Source: Ruminococcus flavefaciens
Lineage (GTDB): Bacteria > Bacillota > Clostridia > Oscillospirales > Ruminococcaceae
Length of the DNA stretch: 64,000 bases
Reading direction: 5' to 3'
Assembly: GCA_902760805.1 (NCBI GenBank)
Contig: CACWHY010000007.1
Span: 9,588 to 73,587, forward strand
Below are positions 58,482 through 64,000 of this stretch, one piece after another. The position numbers and the translations under genes are program-made. The notes under the pieces are model-generated. The model saw only the letters and a program-made list of their open reading frames with translations, was not told the DNA's origin and made no database searches. The first letter of the stretch is position 1, and each line of letters opens with the position of its first letter.

Positions 58482-59906
58482 ATGAGAAAAACTAAGATCG
58501 TCTGCACTATCGGACCGGCCACTGATGACGAGAATATCATGCGTGAGCTCATGCTTGCCGGCATGAACGTTGCTCGATTCAACTTTTCGCACGGCGAATA
58601 TGAGACCCATGAGAAGCGTTTCCGTCAGGTGGAGCGCCTGAGAAAGGAGCTGGATCTGCCGATAGCTACCCTCCTGGATACCAAGGGTCCTGAGATCCGT
58701 CTGGGGAAATTCGTTGACGATAAACCTGTGGAGATCCACGACGGCGACACATACACACTCACCACAGAGGACGTTCTCTGCACCGCCGAGGTGGGAAGCG
58801 TTTCATTCAAGAAGCTCCCCAGAGATGTGAGCATCGGCACCCGTATCCTTATAAATGACGGCGTTATCGAGCTCCTGGCCGAGAAGGTCACTAAGACTGA
58901 TATCGTCTGCCGAGTTATCCACGGCGGAAAGCTCTCCAACAACAAGGGCATCAACGTGCCGGGCGTTCAGCTCTCCATGCCATACCTCAGCGAGAGGGAT
59001 ATGGACGACCTGGAATTCGGCTCAAAAATGGGCTTTGACTTCATCGCTGCCAGCTTCGTAAGATCTGCGGCTGATATAAACTACCTGAGAAAATTCACCC
59101 AGAGCCTGGGCTGGTTTGACGTTCGCATAATCGCTAAGATCGAGAATACCGATGGCGTTGAGAACATCGACGAGATCCTTGAGGCCGCCGACGGTATAAT
59201 GGTCGCAAGAGGCGACATGGGCGTTGAGATCCCATTCGAGCAGATCCCTGCGATCCAGAAGGAGCTCATCCACAAGGGCTATAATGCCGGCAAGCAGGTG
59301 GTAACTGCCACACAGATGCTGGAGTCCATGATCACCAACCCAAGACCTACCCGTGCTGAGATCACCGACGTGGCCAACGCTATCTACGACGGCACCAGCG
59401 CTATCATGCTCTCCGGCGAGACCGCCGCAGGAGCCTTCCCGGTGGAGGCAGTAAAGACCATGGCTCTCATTGCCGAGACCACCGAGAAGAATATCGACTA
59501 CAAGGGACAGTTCTCTGAGCGCCGCTCCAATCCCGACGGAAACGTGGCTGAGGCTATCGCTCACGCAACTGTCACCACTGCCCATGACCTTGACGCAAGG
59601 GCTATAATCACTGTTTCTTTGGGAGGCCAGACCGCCCGTCTGATCTCCAAATACCGCCCGGAGTGCCCAATTATCAGCTGCACTATGAGCGAGACCGTCT
59701 GCCGGCAGATGAACATGAGCTGGGGCGTTATCCCCTTCATCATCGACGAGAAGACCTCCACTGACGAGCTCTTTGCCGCAGCTGTTGAGGCTGCCGAGGA
59801 GCACCGCCTTGTAAGGGACGGCGACCTGGTTGCTATCACTGCCGGAGTCCCCCTGGGAGTTTCCGGAACCACTAACCTGATGAAGGTCGAGAAGATAGGT
59901 ATCTGA
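58482..59906 (+). CDS. pyk: pyruvate kinase
   Basis: MRKTKIVCTIGPA, NFSHG, MVARGDMGVEIP and SGETAAG. Confidence 0.92.
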   Translation: MRKTKIVCTIGPATDDENIMRELMLAGMNVARFNFSHGEYETHEKRFRQVERLRKELDLPIATLLDTKGPEIRLGKFVDDKPVEIHDGDTYTLTTEDVLCTAEVGSVSFKKLPRDVSIGTRILINDGVIELLAEKVTKTDIVCRVIHGGKLSNNKGINVPGVQLSMPYLSERDMDDLEFGSKMGFDFIAASFVRSAADINYLRKFTQSLGWFDVRIIAKIENTDGVENIDEILEAADGIMVARGDMGVEIPFEQIPAIQKELIHKGYNAGKQVVTATQMLESMITNPRPTRAEITDVANAIYDGTSAIMLSGETAAGAFPVEAVKTMALIAETTEKNIDYKGQFSERRSNPDGNVAEAIAHATVTTAHDLDARAIITVSLGGQTARLISKYRPECPIISCTMSETVCRQMNMSWGVIPFIIDEKTSTDELFAAAVEAAEEHRLVRDGDLVAITAGVPLGVSGTTNLMKVEKIGI

Positions 59907-59946
59907 GCTGATAACCGTTAGCTAAAGGCTAACAGCTCAAAAACTC

Positions 59947-59975
59947 TTGACAAACCTCTGAACATCGTGTATAAT
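59947..59975 (+). promoter_or_regulatory. promoter of the valS T-box leader
   Basis: TTGACA-17 nt-TATAAT. Confidence 0.65.
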
Positions 59976-59981
59976 AGTAGC

Positions 59982-60240
59982 ATATGACAAAGACGATGAC
60001 GAAGAGGAGTACCCGCTGTCCCGATTTTCAGAGAGCCGCCGGCCGGTGTGAGGCGGTATGAGTGCTGTGGGGAAGTAGCTTCTGAGTCCTGCCGGTGAAA
60101 TCACAGTAAGCGGCGGCGTGTTCCTCACGTTACAGGGGAAGAGGCTATGCGGCCTCGCAGAGTGCGGGATCATTCCCGAATTCAGGTGGTAACACGGACA
60201 ATCGTTCGCCCTGGACCGAAAGGTCTGGGGCTTTTCTTTT
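59982..60240 (+). promoter_or_regulatory. T-box riboswitch leader (valine-specific by context)
   Basis: AGAGA box (cagagag) and a GAA-GUA-G candidate specifier at about 60075-60077. The T-box sequence is aattcaGGTGGTAacacgg at about 60180-60197. A terminator hairpin gccctggacc-gaaa-ggtctggggc plus TTTTCTTTT (60208-60240) lies directly upstream of valS. Confidence 0.8.
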
Positions 60241-60277
60241 ACCCGGACCGATCTTATCAGAAAAGGAGAAACTACCA

Positions 60278-62899
60278 ATGGCAAAGGAACTTGCAAAAGC
60301 ATACGATCCTAAGTCCTTCGAGGACAGGATCTACAAGGAGTGGAACGACAAGGGCTGCTTCAGAGCAGAGGTGGATCCCAAGAAGACCCCCTACACTATC
60401 GTTATCCCCCCTCCGAACATCACAGGACAGCTCCACATGGGTCACGCCCTGGACGAGACTCTTCAGGACATCCTTATCCGCTGGAAGAGAATGAGCGGCT
60501 ACAGCGCTCTGTGGCTCCCCGGAACTGACCACGCCGCTATCGCTACCGAGGCGAAGATCGTTGAGGCTATGCGCAAGGAAGGCATCACCAAGGAGGATCT
60601 TGGACGTGAGGGCTTCATGGAGCGTGCCTGGGAGTGGAAGAAGCAGTACGGCGGCCGTATCGTTGAGCAGCTCAAGAAGCTGGGCTCCTCCTGCGACTGG
60701 TCAAGAGAGCGCTTCACCATGGACGAGGGCTGCTCAAAGGCAGTCAAGGAGGTCTTCGTAAAGTATTATGAGAAAGGCCTTATCTATCGTGGCGAGAGGA
60801 TCATCAACTGGTGTCCTAAGTGCAAGACCTCGCTCTCTGACGCTGAGGTAACTTACGAGGATCAGGCCGGACATTTCTGGCACCTGCGCTACAAGATCAA
60901 GGACTCCGACGGCTATCTGGAGCTGGCTACCACACGTCCGGAGACTCTGCTGGGCGATACTGCTGTTGCCGTAAACCCCAACGATGAGCGCTATAAGGAT
61001 CTGGTGGGCAAGACAGTTATCCTGCCTATCGTTCACAGAGAAATCCCGATCGTTGCCGATGATTATGTTGAGATGGACTTCGGAACAGGCGTTGTTAAGA
61101 TCACTCCTGCTCACGACCCCAACGACTTCGAGGTAGGTCTGCGTCATGATCTGCCCGTTATCAACGTTATGAACGACGATGCAACTATCGTTGACGACTA
61201 TCCTGCATACGCCGGAATGGACCGCTACGAGGCCAGAAAGAAGATCGTTGAGGATCTGGAGGCTGAGGGCGCTCTGGTAAAGATCGAGGACTACAGCCAC
61301 AATGTTGGTACCTGCTATCGCTGCGGAACAACTGTTGAGCCTAAGGTGTCAACTCAGTGGTTCGTTAAGATGAAGCCCCTTGCTCAGCCGGCTATCGACG
61401 CTGTTAAGAACGGTGACACAAAGTTCGTTCCTGAGCGCTTCGACAAGATCTATTTCCACTGGCTGGACAATATCCGTGACTGGTGTATCTCCCGTCAGAT
61501 CTGGTGGGGACATCAGATCCCTGCATTCTACTGCGACGAGTGCGGCGAGATGGTAGTTACCAAGGAGGACGGCTGCAATTGTCCTAAGTGCGGAAAGCCC
61601 ATGAGACAGGATCCGGACACTTTGGATACATGGTTCAGCTCTGCGCTCTGGCCCTTCTCCACTCTGGGCTGGCCGGAAAAGACCGAGGATCTGGACTATT
61701 TCTACCCCACAAACACACTGGTAACAGGCTATGACATCATCTTCTTCTGGGTGATCAGAATGATGTTCAGCGGACTTGAGAATATGGGCAAGGCTCCCTT
61801 CGACACAGTTCTTATCCACGGCCTTGTTCGTGACGCACAGGGACGCAAGATGTCCAAGTCACTGGGCAACGGCATCGATCCCCTTGAGGTCATCAACGAG
61901 TACGGTGCTGACGCTCTCCGCTTTATGCTGGCTACCGGAAATTCTCCCGGAAACGATATGCGTTACATCGACGACAAGGTCAAGGCTGCAAGAAACTTCG
62001 CAAACAAGCTGTGGAACGCTTCACGTTTCATCATGATGAATCTTCCCGAGGACTTCGAGTTCAAGGGACTGCCTGCTGAGCTTGAGCTGGAGGACAAGTG
62101 GCTTGTGAACAAGTTCAACCAGCTGGCCAAGGAGGTCGGCGAGAACCTTGAGAAGTTCGAGCTGGGCGTTGCTTCACAGAAGATCTACGACTTCATCTGG
62201 GACGTTTACTGCGACTGGTACATCGAGCTCACAAAGCCCCGTATCCAGGCCGGCGGCGAGACCATGGCCAAGGCTCAGGCCGTTCTGGTATGGGCTATGG
62301 AGGGTATGCTCAAGCTGCTGCACCCCTTTATGCCTTTCATCACTGAGGAGATCTGGCAGGTGCTCACAGGCGGCCGCTCCATGATCATCCTGGAGACCTA
62401 TCCCACCTATGACTCCGCTATCGACTACTCCGCAGAGGAGCGTGATTTCGAGAAGATCATCGCTGCGATCAAGGCTGTCCGCAACGTTCGCACTGAGATG
62501 AACGTTCCGCCTTCGGTAAAGGCAAAGCTCTTCATCGAGACCGAGGACAAGGCTCTCTTCGAGTCCTGCGCTGTATTCTTCGAGAAGCTGGCTTCTGCCT
62601 CCGCAGTTGAGGCCGGCAGCAGCTTCAGCCACGAAAACTGCGCAAATGCAGTTACCGACACAGCCCGTATCTTCATCCCTATGGACGAGCTCGTTGACAA
62701 GGAGAAGGAGATCGCACGTCTGGAGAAGGAGAAGGCCAAGGTACAGAAGGACATCGACTTCCTGGGCGGAAAGCTGAACAATCAGGGCTTCATCGCAAAG
62801 GCTCCTGCACAGCTCATCGAGGCTGAGAAGGCAAAGCTGGCTAAGGCTCAGGAGAAAATGGCGAAGATCGAGCAGTCACTGGCTGCATTCAAGAAATAA
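60278..62899 (+). CDS. valS: valine--tRNA ligase
   Basis: HMGH (PPNITGQLHMGHAL), KMSKS (RKMSKSLGN) and a C-terminal coiled coil. Confidence 0.95.
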   Translation: MAKELAKAYDPKSFEDRIYKEWNDKGCFRAEVDPKKTPYTIVIPPPNITGQLHMGHALDETLQDILIRWKRMSGYSALWLPGTDHAAIATEAKIVEAMRKEGITKEDLGREGFMERAWEWKKQYGGRIVEQLKKLGSSCDWSRERFTMDEGCSKAVKEVFVKYYEKGLIYRGERIINWCPKCKTSLSDAEVTYEDQAGHFWHLRYKIKDSDGYLELATTRPETLLGDTAVAVNPNDERYKDLVGKTVILPIVHREIPIVADDYVEMDFGTGVVKITPAHDPNDFEVGLRHDLPVINVMNDDATIVDDYPAYAGMDRYEARKKIVEDLEAEGALVKIEDYSHNVGTCYRCGTTVEPKVSTQWFVKMKPLAQPAIDAVKNGDTKFVPERFDKIYFHWLDNIRDWCISRQIWWGHQIPAFYCDECGEMVVTKEDGCNCPKCGKPMRQDPDTLDTWFSSALWPFSTLGWPEKTEDLDYFYPTNTLVTGYDIIFFWVIRMMFSGLENMGKAPFDTVLIHGLVRDAQGRKMSKSLGNGIDPLEVINEYGADALRFMLATGNSPGNDMRYIDDKVKAARNFANKLWNASRFIMMNLPEDFEFKGLPAELELEDKWLVNKFNQLAKEVGENLEKFELGVASQKIYDFIWDVYCDWYIELTKPRIQAGGETMAKAQAVLVWAMEGMLKLLHPFMPFITEEIWQVLTGGRSMIILETYPTYDSAIDYSAEERDFEKIIAAIKAVRNVRTEMNVPPSVKAKLFIETEDKALFESCAVFFEKLASASAVEAGSSFSHENCANAVTDTARIFIPMDELVDKEKEIARLEKEKAKVQKDIDFLGGKLNNQGFIAKAPAQLIEAEKAKLAKAQEKMAKIEQSLAAFKK

Positions 62900-62904
62900 T
62901 TAGA

Positions 62905-63087
62905 ATGACTTTTTGGCGCCTTGCAGCAGTGCTGGCGGCTGTCAGCCTGATGTTTGGGTGCAGTGAAAAGAAAAGCGAGCCCTCCTCATCTGAGGAGAGC
63001 TCTGCTGTATCTGAGGAAGTTACGGAGGCTGAAACTGATCCGGAGCTGCAAGGTGTCAAATGGCTGAACGTTTTCACCTGGGTGTAG
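62905..63087 (+). CDS. lipoprotein signal peptide plus acidic Ser-rich linker (possibly the 5' part of a split gene)
   Basis: Lipobox LMFGCS. The ORF ends at a TAG that is in frame with the next ORF. Confidence 0.4.
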   Translation: MTFWRLAAVLAAVSLMFGCSEKKSEPSSSEESSAVSEEVTEAETDPELQGVKWLNVFTWV

Positions 63088-63090
63088 GAG

Positions 63091-63429
63091 ATGAATATGT
63101 CTCTGCCAATGGAAACTACCTTTGACGGCACAAAGACCTTCAAGTCCAGGGTCTATCACTGGAACAAGCCTCGTTTCTTCACGGACAGGGCAACTGTGGT
63201 ATATCTGGATAACGGCATACTGCTCTCAAAGCAGATATTCGAGAGCTTTAGAGAGGTCCAGCACCTTTACTGGGACCACTATACAGCAGATCTTGGGCCA
63301 ATGGGTACCGATGAGCTTGCGGAGTATTTTCTTGACGACGCAGGCAGTTTTGAGCCGGTATTCCAGCGGCAGGAGATAGAGGACTTCATGAGAAGTCCCG
63401 AGACTGTTCTGGCAAAATATGACGAGTAA
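63091..63429 (+). CDS. hypothetical protein (possibly the 3' part of the same lipoprotein gene)
   Basis: Same frame as 62905-63087, separated only by TAG-GAG. No signal peptide of its own. An AGGAG lies just upstream of the ATGs at 63091 and 63097. Confidence 0.45.
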   Translation: MNMSLPMETTFDGTKTFKSRVYHWNKPRFFTDRATVVYLDNGILLSKQIFESFREVQHLYWDHYTADLGPMGTDELAEYFLDDAGSFEPVFQRQEIEDFMRSPETVLAKYDE

Positions 63430-63441
63430 GGAGGGGAGAAA

Positions 63442-63744
63442 ATGGTAAAGCACATCGTAATGTTCAAGCTCAAGGAGGCTGACGGAAGAAGCGAGTATGA
63501 GAACGCTGTTGAGGCTCAGAAGCGCTTCGACAAGGTTATCGCTAACGTCAGCGAGCTGAAAAAGGGCGAGGTGGTGATCAACTCAAAGGAGGCTCCTGAG
63601 AGCAACTACACCATCGCTCTGATCTGCGATTTTGAGACGATCGCAGACCTGAACGCATATCAGGTACACCCGGCTCACCTGGAGTTCGGAAAATTCATCG
63701 GCACAGTTAAGACAGACAGAGCGTGCATCGACTACGAATATTGA
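63442..63744 (+). CDS. Dabb (stress-responsive alpha/beta barrel) family protein
   Basis: MVKHIVMFKLKE..., YQVHPAHLEF. 100 aa. Confidence 0.8.
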   Translation: MVKHIVMFKLKEADGRSEYENAVEAQKRFDKVIANVSELKKGEVVINSKEAPESNYTIALICDFETIADLNAYQVHPAHLEFGKFIGTVKTDRACIDYEY

Positions 63745-63777
63745 GAATAGGAAAAAATTGCAAAAGGAGGTGATCCT

Positions 63778-64000
63778 ATGACGGATCTTAAAGGTAAATG
63801 GGCGCTGATCACCGGCGCCGCAAGAGGTATCGGCAGGCTGGCTGCTCTGGAAATGGCAAGGCAGGGGGTCAACCTGATCCTTCACAGCAGAAATATCGAG
63901 CACTGTCAGGCTGTTCTGGAGGAAGTAACTGCTCTGGGCGTTCAGGCGAAGGCAGTTCAGGCTGAGCTGAATGATCTTGCTCAGGTGGAGGCGATGTGTG
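63778..64000 (+). CDS. SDR family oxidoreductase, N-terminal part (3' end outside window)
   Basis: KWALITGAARGIGR Rossmann motif. RBS AAGGAGG. The ORF is still open at the window end. Confidence 0.85.
   Translation, partial: MTDLKGKWALITGAARGIGRLAALEMARQGVNLILHSRNIEHCQAVLEEVTALGVQAKAVQAELNDLAQVEAMC

Noticed and set aside
59917-59933. The GTTAGC-taaag-GCTAAC hairpin as the intrinsic terminator of pyk.
   Set aside because: No U-tract follows it on the plus strand (the sequence continues AGCTCAAAAACTC). I therefore did not call it a terminator and kept it only as a motif occurrence.
63085-63087. The in-frame TAG as a pyrrolysine codon.
   Set aside because: No pyl genes or methylamine methyltransferases are visible, and the lineage inferred here is not known for Pyl use. 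A nonsense mutation, a sequencing error or two separate genes are simpler explanations.
1-64000. Looked for tRNA, rRNA or tmRNA genes, IS elements, integrases, phage structural genes and toxin-antitoxin pairs.
   Set aside because: Nothing recognisable was found in the intergenic regions or the ORF translations. Absence is by eye only; a covariance-model or IS database scan would be needed to be sure.

Overview
This is a 64-kb chromosomal window from a Gram-positive anaerobe of the Clostridia type. The taxon is inferred from gene content and not verified: rpsF-ssb-rpsR, a T-box-controlled valS, purL, glgA, pcrA and pyk, plus three dockerin-bearing proteins, suggest a Ruminococcus/Oscillospiraceae-like organism with cohesin-dockerin surface complexes. 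I call about 57 protein-coding genes, one clear gene relic, one T-box leader, and a set of sigma-70-type promoters and intrinsic terminators. I saw no rRNA, tRNA, CRISPR array, transposase or integrase.

Layout:
- 1-8.1 kb: two ABC-ATPase/FtsX-permease pairs, a SAM methyltransferase, an eroded ABC fragment and an AraC-type HTH-only gene.
- 8.2-10.6 kb: a small membrane protein and a P-type ATPase with an atypical SCA membrane motif.
- 10.8-12.5 kb: a YjbR-EVE fusion plus a DUF5131 gene.
- 12.5-14.6 kb: a sigma factor translationally coupled to a membrane-anchored serpin.
- 14.8-17.4 kb: an AraC/GyrI regulator plus a MutS-like ATPase.
- 17.5-18.8 kb: a dockerin-bearing polysaccharide deacetylase.
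- 19.1-26.3 kb: a third ABC/FtsX pair, a beta-lactamase-family hydrolase and a two-component system.
- 26.3-31.6 kb: galE, an AI-2E transporter, a second ECF sigma with a dockerin-containing anti-sigma-like protein, and a SIMPL protein.
- 31.7-43.8 kb: housekeeping genes (xth, CHAP-dockerin protein, rpsF-ssb-rpsR, mtaB, purL, glgA, HAD).
- 43.9-49.4 kb: a visibly AT-richer minus-strand operon. It holds a NitT/TauT-type ABC importer, a Ni-CODH-like cooS with a His-rich N-terminus, and two paralogous small membrane proteins.
- 49.6-51.6 kb: a zinc-ribbon/pseudokinase/PASTA membrane protein.
- 51.9-64 kb: two M42 peptidases, a GNAT-like gene, a YnbB-like gene, pcrA, pyk, valS, small genes and a 3'-truncated SDR.

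The best candidates for undescribed biology are:
- the sigma-serpin pair;
- the sigma/dockerin anti-sigma pair;
- the YjbR-EVE/DUF5131 pair;
- the ABC-cooS-membrane operon;
- a recurring GTTAG-N6-CTAAC operator-like palindrome.

All functional calls come from reading motifs in the supplied translations; no database search was run. Coordinates of small motifs were counted by hand and may be off by 1-2 nt.
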